Shown one piece after another: positions 9,867 through 20,051 of a stretch of 64,000 nucleotides of DNA (the stretch's first letter is position 1; every line of letters starts with the position of its first letter). The notes beneath the pieces are model-generated. The model had not been told where the DNA came from. It worked only from the letters and a program-made list of their open reading frames with translations, and did not search any database. Position numbers and translations under genes: made by a program. This stretch comes from Eledone cirrhosa (taxonomy: Eukaryota), in contig OZ024743.1 of assembly GCA_964016885.1 (NCBI GenBank), positions 352,346,001-352,410,000 of the forward strand, in the 5' to 3' direction.

Positions 9867-12800
9867 ATGACCTCACTCAGAATAGGCAGCATAAATGCGC
9901 GTGGCTTGGGGTCGTCATGGAAGCAGGGTCACCTGCTCAACGACCTCAGGTCACTAAACATAGATGTAGTGGCCATCAGCGAGACCAGAATCTCCGAAGC
10001 ACGGGCCTTCGCACCGATCTTCGGCGGCTACGATGTGTACGCATCTCCCAGCCGTCCTGGATCGGGTGGAGGAGTTGCTGTGCTTTTTCGGAGAGGTTTG
10101 GATCTCGCCATACGGGCCATCTTCCTGGACCCAGAGGGTAAGCTGGTGGTGCTGGACGTGACCAGCGGAGACGGGCAAGCTTTCAGGCTAGTGGCCGTCT
10201 ATGCCCCGACAGGAGCAGGGCGGCCTGATTTCTTCCGGCGTCTGGAGACCTTTCTTGGAACGTCCCGCTCTTTAGTGTTAGTGGGCGACTGGAACGGGAT
10301 CTTAGATGCACGCTGGGACTGTGTGGGATGAGCGGATAGGGGTGGAGGGTGCAAGAGCCTCACCAACCTGCTCAGGCGTTTTGAACTGTCTGACAGGTAC
10401 CGATTGGATTTCCCGAATGTGCCAATGTGGACTTGGACAAACCGCATAGGGTCATCCAGATCATATCTAGATAGAGTATTTTGTAGGGAAATAGATAGGT
10501 CTAGCATAGGCTGTCCACAATTCAAGATAGTCAGCTACACGGACCACAAATTCGTGACCTGTGTGCTTGACTTAGATAGGCTTCATAGACGAGGACCCGG
10601 CTACTGGAAGCTAAACGCGTCCTTACCAGCGCGCAAGGCCTACAGAGACCGGATTAGCGAACTAGTTAAGCGGGCGTTGACGGGGGCCATCGTCAACAAC
10701 AAGTGGTGGTTTACTCTGAAAAGAGCGATTAGAATAGAATCGATTAGGTTTAGTAAGGCTTTAGCAATAGAGAAAAATAGAGCAGAGGGAGAACTAGTTA
10801 GAAAATTAGACGAGGCGCTTAGCAAAGGCATTGCGACCGACGTGCTTGCGGCGAAATTGGCCCTTGACCAATTCTTCAATGCAAAGCACGAAGGCTGCGT
10901 TGTCAGAGCTAGGGTGCGTGCTCTCAGACACGAGGGGACGAAAGCCGTTCAATGGGCCCGAGTGGCGGAGGCGCGTCGTGGCAACAAAGCCACGATCCGG
11001 TCTTTGGTGGACCACGACGGGCGCATGCTACTCGATCCCGGGCAAATGTGTGAAGCTTTTCAGCGACACTTCGCTCAGCTGTTCGGGGGCAGCGGGGGGC
11101 CGGGTAGAGGGATGGACTTTAGTGTCTACCTCGACGGACTGCCGCGGCTCTCGGCCACTGAGGCGAAGTGTTGCGAAAAGCCGATAACAGCCGCTGAAGT
11201 ACGGGAGGCAATGACTGGCTGCACAAGGGGTAAATCGCCTGGTTTGGATGGTCTGCCCTATGAACTTTACGTACAGATGCCAGACTTGTTCGGAGGCCTC
11301 TTGGCGGACGTCTACTGCAACTGGCAACAGAACGGGAGAATTCCCAGTTCTGTGAGCCGAGGAGCGGTGGCACTGCTGAGAAAGGATCCGAACAAGGGGG
11401 ATAACATAGACAATTTCCGGCCCATAACTCTGCTAAACACAGAGTTTAAGATTTTGGCCAAGGTGCTAGCAAAGAGGTTGGCGCTTGTCGTTGGTGGTCT
11501 GGTGGGAGAGGCGCAGACATGCGCCATTCCCGACAGATCCATCCACGACAACCTCCACCTCATGCGATACATCGTAGAGAGGGTAGCTAGGGAACCTGGC
11601 ACGGGTGGGTCCTTGATCAATTTAGATCAGTCGAAAGCTTTCGATAGGGTCGACCATCGTTACCTAGCGGCAGTCCTGAGGGCGGCTGGCTTTGGGCCCG
11701 TCTTCAGAGGCTGGATCGCTGCCATGCACAGCGACATCTGCTCTGTGGTGAGAGTGAACGGTCACCTGTCGGAACCGTTCAACATCATGCGCTCGGTCCG
11801 CCAAGGATGTCCCCTCTCGTCCCTCTTGTACGTATTGACTCTCGAGCCATTACTGCACAAACTGGAGACGTTGAGGGGAGTCCCGCGCGAACTAGGATGC
11901 GGAAGATCCGTGTCAGCATATGCGGACGATGTCACCGTAGTGGTGTCGAACGCCAAACACATCGAGGCGATCGGCACTACACTAAGAGAATACGAAGCGG
12001 TGACAGGAGCAATGATCAACCAGGAAAAGTCAGTGGGACTGCAGCTCGGCACCTGGAGAGGCAGGTCCATGCCGTCCAACAGCGTCGTCGGGCGCTGGAC
12101 GGACGGACCGGTTAAATTGCTAGGGGTCTGGTTCGGTCCGGACCTCCAGACGGACAAAAACTGGGACGAGGTGACGAGCAGGGTGGCTTCTCTCACCCAG
12201 AAATGGGCGGAGAGGAAGCTATCCCTGAAAGGTCGAGCGGAGGTGGCTAACGCGTACATCGCGTCTGTCATCTGCTACCGCCTAACCGTCGTACCTTGTC
12301 CTAAGCCTCGCCTGACTGCGCTGGAGCGTTTGCTCTTTCGCTTTTTGTGGAAGGGACGTGCTCCGATGGTCAGGCGGTCCATCTGTTGTCAACACCCGCT
12401 ACGTGGAGGGCTGGGCATGCCGTGGCTGATGATGCGCAGGCACGCGCTCAGGCTACGACATCTCCACCTCTTCCTCGACGGTGATCAGGTGTGGTCGCCG
12501 TTTGCTAGACGCGTTTTTCCCCAGCTCGTTTCCTTGACGGAGCTGCAGTCCTGGGTCAAGCGAAGACCGAGAGGGAGCGCCTGGAGACTGGAATGTCTTC
12601 AGGCGCTCACAGCCCTCGACCAATCGGGCAATGTGATCGGTGGAAACTCCACCTCGGCGTTCTATAGAGGATTAGTGGAGGGGAAGAGCGACGACGTACT
12701 TGGGGAAACTCTAGGCGTCGACGAAAATCAACTAGCCAATCTCTTCGGAAGAACTTTCGGGCCAGGGCCTATGGACAACTTCCAGAAATCTCTGGCCTGG

Positions 12801-13286
12801 CAGTGCTACCGAGGAGCCTTGCCAGTTCGGGATAAACTCTACAGGCATGGAGGTGCCGTCAGCCGGGCATGTCCGAGATGCGCGCAGGGCGACGAAACCG
12901 TCCTGCACGCACTCGTCCAGTGTCCGAAAATTGCTGACTTGTGGGTTTATGTCGAACACCTGCTGTCGCGTTTAGGACGGATCCAGCTATCATCTGAGTC
13001 TATCGTGAGGATTGCCCCGCCCTCCTCCTTTAGCCGGGAAGGGCAGGCAGTTTTTATCTGTCTGGTGGCCATGGCGAAAGAGATAGTATGGTGGACACGT
13101 TTGAAAGGGCTGAAGACGAGCACTTACCTCTTCGGTGATGCTCTGATTGACTTTTTCAAATTTCATTTGAAAAGGAAAATCAGAGTAGAGAAGGAAGTGC
13201 TCTCTTCCCAGCATTTTGTTGAAAGATGGGTGAAAGAAGCAAGAATGGCCCGAGTGAATGGGCCGACTCTGAGTATATATCTGTAA
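9867..13286 (+). pseudogene. LINE ORF2 (APE endonuclease-RT-zinc finger), copy A, with one in-frame TGA at 10329-10331
   Basis: Track ORFs 9867-10331 and 10404-13286 are in the same frame; motifs INARGL, ISET, GDWN, LDRVF, TDH, PGLDG, QGCPLS, YADD, CPRC...ETVLHALVQC. Confidence 0.92.
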
Positions 13287-13546
13287 ACTAAAGGTGGAAA
13301 ACTGGGAGAGGGCACTTGCCTTGGTGGTCAGGGTCATTGTGGCTTTTTACTGGGCTTTCTCCACAAATGTTCCTCCGAAGTCTCCCCCCTATTGGGGAAT
13401 TTTTCATTGTTATTTTCATTGTTATTTTTTGTTACATCCTCTGTTTTTGTTTTTTACACGCAGAAATGCCCATTTGTACCGTCCTGCATTGTCCTGCACT
13501 GTCCTTAATGTCTACTTTATGTAAACCCTTGTGGTTAATAAAGAAA

Positions 13547-13590
<44 letters not shown>

Positions 13591-13805
13591 GAATGCCATG
13601 GTTGACGGAGGCTCGGCTCTGTAAGGTATAGTAATTTTTAACCGTTAAAACAATTGTAAATTGTTTAAAACTTGAACCAAATTGTTGATAAAGACACCCT
13701 CCTCCTCGTGAGAGGGCTCTTTCTGTCCGTTATTTGGCCCTTCGGGGTTAAATAACCAGTTATTGGGGTTTTGTACCCAAAATTTCATTTTAAACAAAAA
13801 ACAAC

Positions 13806-15875
13806 ATGGCTACGAAAAAGAAATTTCATACGTCACTCCCACTCATTCCGTCTTCTTCTTCCTCAATCATCACTACAGCAGAGAGAAGATTGTCTCTCTC
13901 CCTCCCTTCTCTTTCGCAAGTGACGAAAGAAAAGAAAAGTCTCGTGCAAAGCGTACAAGGTTTCTCCACGACGACGACGACAGCGACGAAACAGGTGTGC
14001 GGGAAATACGAAAACCCAGTTCATTCGTCTGACGTCAGGAATAATAGCAGTAGCAGCCGTAATAACAACAGCAACAGTGACAATGAAAACAACAGTAGCA
14101 GCCGCAACAGCATCACCAGCAGCATAAACAACAACAGCATTAGCAGCAGCAACACCAACAACAACCACAGCAACAGCGGCGGAGGCAGTAGTCGTAGTAC
14201 CTGCAGCAACAACAAAAGTACCAGCAGCTCTGACGACAACAACAACAACAGAGAAAAACCAATCTCATTTGCAGGTATTGCGAAAAACTTGGAAACAATC
14301 CTCATAACAAATGAGGAATTAGAGGAAGCGAAGAAGATGGTGACAAAGAACGGACACCGAGCAATCTGCAAGGCAGCGGAAACATTTTTCGAAACCCAAG
14401 AGCACTGTACAGTCACGTACCGTACAGTAAGTACAAAATCCCGTAGGGTGGAAAGAGCCACAGAGGCCCAAATACAAAAAGCCTTGGGGTCTGTGTGGCA
14501 GCGGAAAACGCACATCACCCGAGGCAAAAAATATGCCACAGTAGACGTACTTTTTGCCACACCCCAGGAGGCAAAGGCCCAATCAGTAGTGACCCTAAGG
14601 AGCGAGGAAATGGTGTTGGTGCCCTCCTACTGCGGGCAAAAAATTGTGAGGGTCAAACTGACACACGTCCCCCCCGGAATGACGCCTTCTTGGCTGGCCG
14701 CGTCTGTCCTCGTCGGAATCGAGGACAAAACAACTGTACTGCAAGTACAGAAAAAAGTAAGAGAAGATTGGGTCGGCACCTCCATTGAGATGCTAATCCA
14801 AACCAACCAGGAGTGCATCGAAGCTATCCCGGATGTGATAGACTTCGATAACGGCACTCAACTGCCCATAAGTGTTGAGGGCAAACGCCCGAAATGCTTT
14901 CGCTGTGGATCGAAGACTCACCTCAGGGCCTTCTGCAACGAGAAGACCCTGAGAAAGGAGAAAACCCCCCTCCTTCCGATTCCGGCTCCACGGCTACCAG
15001 CAACAGGACAAGCGGCAACCAGGAACGATAGGCCCGTGGCACCCATACCCACTCCACGGAAATCAAAAACAGCAGCAGCAGTGGAAATATTAACAACAAC
15101 AACAGCAATACCAAATGCAGCTGCAACAGAGACTCCAGTGCAAACATCACCAACAACAACAAGTGAAAGAGTGGAGCTGGTACCCCTCCCCGACCTCACA
15201 GAATCAGACATGGAGTGTGAGGTGGGAGAGGGATGGCAAAAGGTCGCAAGAAGGCACAAACGCAGAAGCAGCGCATCGTCGCCTTTGAAAAGGGAGGAAA
15301 GAAATGAGAAAAGGGTAAAGTCTACTGCAAAGAGACCCACAGCAGCAACAACACCAACACCATCACCACCTACACTAGCACCACCATCACCACCGGCGAC
15401 AACCCCACCGCCAACAACACCTTCAACACCACCACCACAAGCACCAACGTCGCAAACACAACAACAAAACACACACACCCAGCAACAACGACAAGAAAAT
15501 AGCAGAACCACACCCCACCCCCAGAAAAACAAATGCACGGCAATAAATACACACAACAAGAAACTAATGACTTACATAATTGAACACACAGACATTTCAC
15601 AACAGGACTACATAATACCAGCACCAATCAAAACGCCAACTAACATAAGACTGCTAAAAATAGCACAGAAACAATACACAAATATTAAAACGAAATTCCC
15701 CAACGCAGTTGGTGATTTCAGGGACCTTGGAGGAACCATCAATCGAAGAGTATACTCAGACATTCTCTTAGAAGAGCCGACGACCAACCGAAGGGACGAT
15801 TCAACGGTCCCTTCACCAGACGATCAAGTGAAAAGGGATGTAAAAACCATCCCTCCTCTACCAAAAGTACGGTAA
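13806..15875 (+). CDS. LINE ORF1 protein (689 aa), copy B
   Basis: Same as copy A apart from six residue changes visible in the ORF track. Confidence 0.9.
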   Translation: MATKKKFHTSLPLIPSSSSSIITTAERRLSLSLPSLSQVTKEKKSLVQSVQGFSTTTTTATKQVCGKYENPVHSSDVRNNSSSSRNNNSNSDNENNSSSRNSITSSINNNSISSSNTNNNHSNSGGGSSRSTCSNNKSTSSSDDNNNNREKPISFAGIAKNLETILITNEELEEAKKMVTKNGHRAICKAAETFFETQEHCTVTYRTVSTKSRRVERATEAQIQKALGSVWQRKTHITRGKKYATVDVLFATPQEAKAQSVVTLRSEEMVLVPSYCGQKIVRVKLTHVPPGMTPSWLAASVLVGIEDKTTVLQVQKKVREDWVGTSIEMLIQTNQECIEAIPDVIDFDNGTQLPISVEGKRPKCFRCGSKTHLRAFCNEKTLRKEKTPLLPIPAPRLPATGQAATRNDRPVAPIPTPRKSKTAAAVEILTTTTAIPNAAATETPVQTSPTTTSERVELVPLPDLTESDMECEVGEGWQKVARRHKRRSSASSPLKREERNEKRVKSTAKRPTAATTPTPSPPTLAPPSPPATTPPPTTPSTPPPQAPTSQTQQQNTHTQQQRQENSRTTPHPQKNKCTAINTHNKKLMTYIIEHTDISQQDYIIPAPIKTPTNIRLLKIAQKQYTNIKTKFPNAVGDFRDLGGTINRRVYSDILLEEPTTNRRDDSTVPSPDDQVKRDVKTIPPLPKVR

Positions 15876-15910
15876 GTGGTCTTTCCCATCTTTTCCACTC
15901 TATTTTAAAC

Positions 15911-18900
15911 ATGACCTCACTCAGAATAGGCAGCATAAATGCGCGTGGCTTGGGGTCGTCATGGAAGCAGGGTCACCTGCTCAACGACCTCAGGTCACTA
16001 AACATAGATGTAGTGGCCATCAGCGAGACCAGAATCTCCGAAGCACGGGCCTTCGCACCAATCTTCGGCGGCTACGATGTGTACGCATCTCCCAGCCGTC
16101 CTGGATCGGGTGGAGGAGTTGCTGTGCTTTTTCGGAGAGGTTTGGATCTCGCCATACGGGCCATCTTCCTGGACCCAGAGGGTAAGCTGGTGGTGCTGGA
16201 CGTGACCAGCGGAGACGGGCAAGCTTTCAGGCTAGTGGCCGTCTATGCCCCGACAGGAGCAGGGCGGCCTGATTTCTTCCGGCGTCTGGAGACCTTTCTT
16301 GGAACGTCCCGCTCTTTAGTGTTAGTGGGCGACTGGAACGGGATCTTAGATGCACGCTGGGACTGTGTGGGATGAGCGGATAGGGGTGGAGGGTGCAAGA
16401 GCCTCACCAACCTGCTCAGGCGTTTTGAACTGTCTGACAGGTACCGATTGGATTTCCCGAATGTGCCAATGTGGACTTGGACAAACCGCATAGGGTCATC
16501 CAGATCATATCTAGATAGAGTATTTTGTAGGGAAATAGATAGGTCTAGCATAGGCTGTCCACAATTCAAGATAGTCAGCTACACGGAACACAAATTCGTG
16601 ACCTGTGTGCTTGACTTAGATAGGCTTCATAGACGAGGACCCGGCTACTGGAAGCTAAACGCGTCCTTACCAGCGCGCAAGGCCTACAGAGACCGGATTA
16701 GCGAACTAGTTAAGCGGGCGTTGACGGGGGCCATCGTCAACAACAAGTGGTGGTTTGCTCTGAAAAGAGCGATTAGAATAGAATCGATTAGGTTTAGTAA
16801 GGCTTTAGCAATAGAGAAAAATAGAGCAGAGGGAGAACTAGTTAGAAAATTAGACGAGGCGCTTAGCAAAGGCATTGTGACCGACGTGCTTGCGGCGAAA
16901 TTGGCCCTTGACCAATTCTTCAATGCAAAGCACGAAGGCTGCGTTGTCAGAGCTAGGGTGCGTGCTCTCAGACACGAGGGGACGAAAGCCGTTCAATGGG
17001 CCCGAGTGGCGGAGGCGCGTCGTGGCAACAAAGCCACGATCCGGTCTTTGGTGGACCACGACGGGCGCATGCTACTCGATCCCGGGCAAATGTGTGAAGC
17101 TTTTCAGCGACACTTCGCTCAGCTGTTCGGGGGCAGCGGGGGGCCGGGTAGAGGGATGGACTTTAGTGTCTACCTCGACGGACTGCCGCGGCTCTCGGCC
17201 ACTGAGGCGAGGTGTTGCGAAAAGCCGATAACAGCCGCTGAAGTACGGGAGGCAATGACTGGCTGCACAAGGGGTAAATCGCCTGGTTTGGATGGTCTGC
17301 CCTATGAACTTTACGTACAGATGCCAGACTTGTTCGGAGGCCTCTTGGCGGACGTCTACTGCAACTGGCAACAGAACGGGAGAATTCCCAGTTCTGTGAG
17401 CCGAGGAGCGGTGGCACTGCTGAGAAAGGATCCGAACAAGGGGGATAACATAGACAATTTCCGGCCCATAACTCTGCTAAACACAGAGTTTAAGATTTTG
17501 GCCAAGGTGCTAGCAAAGAGGTTGGCGCTTGTCGTTGGTGGTCTGGTGGGAGAGGCGCAGACATGCGCCATTCCCGACAGATCCATCCACGACAACCTCC
17601 ACCTCATGCGATACATCGTAGAGAGGGTAGCTAGGGAACCTGGCACGGGTGGGTCCTTGATCAATTTAGATCAGTCGAAAGCTTTCGATAGGGTCGACCA
17701 TCGTTACCTAGCGGCAGTCCTGAGGGCGGCTGGCTTTGGGCCCGTCTTCAGAGGCTGGATCGCTGCCATGCACAGCGACATCTGCTCTGTGGTGAGAGTG
17801 AACGGTCACCTGTCGGAACCGTTCAACATCATGCGCTCGGTCCGCCAAGGATGTCCCCTCTCGTCCCTCTTGTACGTATTGACTCTCGAGCCATTACTGC
17901 ACAAACTGGAGACGTTGAGGGGAGTCCCGCGCGAACTAGGATGCGGAAGATCCGTGTCAGCATATGCGGACGATGTCACCGTAGTGGTGTCGAACGCCAA
18001 ACACATCGAGGCGATCGGCACTACACTAAGAGAATACGAAGCGGTGACAGGAGCAATGATCAACCAGGAAAAGTCAGTGGGACTGCAGCTCGGCACCTGG
18101 AGAGGCAGGTCCATGCCGTCCAACAGCGTCGTCGGGCGCTGGACGGACGGACCGGTTAAATTGCTAGGGGTCTGGTTCGGTCCGGACCTCCAGACGGACA
18201 AAAACTGGGACGAGGTGACGAGCAGGGTGGCTTCTCTCACCCAGAAATGGGCGGAGAGGAAGCTATCCCTGAAAGGTCGAGCGGAGGTGGCTAACGCGTA
18301 CATCGCGTCTGTCATCTGCTACCGCCTAACCGTCGTACCTTGTCCTAAGCCTCGCCTGACTGCGCTGGAGCGTTTGCTCTTTCGCTTTTTGTGGAAGGGA
18401 CGTGCTCCGATGGTCAGGCGGTCCATCTGTTGTCAACACCCGCTACGTGGAGGGCTGGGCATGCCGTGGCTGATGATGCGCAGGCACGCACTCAGGCTAC
18501 GACATCTCCACCTCTTCCTCGACGGTGATCAGGTGTGGTCGCCGTTTGCTAGACGCGTTTTTCCCCAGCTCGTTTCCTTGACGGAGCTGCAGTCCTGGGT
18601 CAAGCGAAGACCGAGAGGGAGCGCCTGGAGACTGGAATGTCTTCAGGCGCTCACAGCCCTCGACCAATCGGGCAATGTGATCGGTGGAAACTCCACCTCG
18701 GCGTTCTATAGAGGATTAGTGGAGGGGAAGAGCGACGACGTACTTGGGGAAACTCTAGGCGTCGACGAAAATCAACTAGCCAATCTCTTCGGAAGAACTT
18801 TCGGGCCAGGGCCTATGGACAACTTCCAGAAATCTCTGGCCTGGCAGTGCTACCGAGGAGCCTTGCCAGTTCGGGATAAACTCTACAGGCATGGAGGTGC

Positions 18901-19330
18901 CGTCAGCCGGGCATGTCCGAGATGCGCGCAGGGCGACGAAACCGTCCTGCACGCACTCGTCCAGTGTCCGAAAATTGCTGACTTGTGGGTTTATGTCGAA
19001 CACCTGCTGTCGCGTTTAGGACGGATCCAGCTATCATCTGAGTCTATCGTGAGGATTGCCCCGCCCTCCTCCTTTAGCCGGGAAGGGCAGGCAGTTTTTA
19101 TCTGTCTGGTGGCCATGGCGAAAGAGATAGTATGGTGGACACGTTTGAAAGGGCTGAAGACGAGCACTTACCTCTTCGGTGATGCTCTGATTGACTTTTT
19201 CAAATTTCATTTGAAAAGGAAAATCAGAGTAGAGAAGGAAGTGCTCTCTTCCCAGCATTTTGTTGAAAGATGGGTGAAAGAAGCAAGAATGGCCCGAGTG
19301 AATGGGCCGACTCTGAGTATATATCTGTAA
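15911..19330 (+). pseudogene. LINE ORF2, copy B, with the same in-frame TGA (16373-16375) and TDH->TEH in the endonuclease
   Basis: Same motifs and frame relationship as copy A. Confidence 0.92.
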
Positions 19331-19590
19331 ACTAAAGGTGGAAAACTGGGAGAGGGCACTTGCCTTGGTGGTCAGGGTCATTGTGGCTTTTTACTGGGCT
19401 TTCTCCACAAATGTCCCTCCGAAGTCTCCCCCCTATTGGGGAATTTTTCATTGTTATTTTCATTGTTATTTTTGTTACATCCTCTGTTTTTGTTTTTTTA
19501 CACGCAGAAATGCCCATTTGTACCGTCCTGCATTGTCCTGCACTGTCCTTAATGTCTACTTTATGTAAACCCTTGTGGTTAATAAAGAAA

Positions 19591-19635
<45 letters not shown>

Positions 19636-19845
19636 GGGCGGTGAATTGGCAGTATCGGTAGAGGGTCGGACATGCTTTCCTGCACAGTTACGTCCCTTTA
19701 CGATCTGAGTTCAAATCCTGCCGAGGTTAACTTTGCCTTTCATCCTTACGGGGTCGATAAAACAAAGTACCAGTAATGTACTGGTTAATTGCTGGCCTTG
19801 TGCCTAAAATAGAAACTATTATTATTATTATTATTATTATTATTA
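19636..19845 (+). mobile_element. tRNA-derived SINE with (ATT)n tail
   Basis: GGCGGTGAATTGGCAGTATCGGT...GAGTTCAAATCC...GCCTTGTGCCTAAAATAGAAAC(TAT)n; starts immediately after the LINE tail. Confidence 0.93.
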
Positions 19846-20051
19846 TGTCCGTTGGATTGGCAGTATCGGTAGAGGGTCGGACGCCATACTTTGCAGCAAA
19901 GAGTTACGGCCCTTTATGGTCTGAGTTCAAATCCCGCCGAGGTTAACTTTGCCTTTCATCCTTACGGGATCGATAAAATAAAGTACCAGTAATACACTGG
20001 GATAATTGCTGGCCTTGTGCCTAAAAGTAGAAACAATTATTATCATTATTA
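19846..20051 (+). mobile_element. tRNA-derived SINE with (ATT)n tail
   Basis: Second copy, head-to-tail after the previous SINE tail. Confidence 0.92.

Larger units (their letters stand above)
7547..13590 (+). mobile_element. Tx1/L1-clade non-LTR retrotransposon, copy A, apparently full length with (ATT)14 tail
   Basis: ORF1 with CCHC knuckle, ORF2 APE-RT-zinc finger, AATAAA then (ATT)14 at 13549-13590; preceded by (ATT)11. Confidence 0.95.
13591..19635 (+). mobile_element. Tx1/L1-clade LINE, copy B, tandem to copy A (period 6,044 bp)
   Basis: Same 5' start GAATGCCATGG and an (ATT)14 tail; about 18 substitutions versus copy A spotted by eye. Confidence 0.95.

Noticed and set aside
10329-10331. 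Selenocysteine recoding of the ORF2 TGA
   Set aside because: The codon aligns to Glu, not Cys, in copy C, and I see no AUGA-type SECIS core in the 3' UTR.
19636-20051. tRNA genes in SINE heads
   Set aside because: A and B boxes are present, but there is no cloverleaf and they continue into the SINE core and tail.
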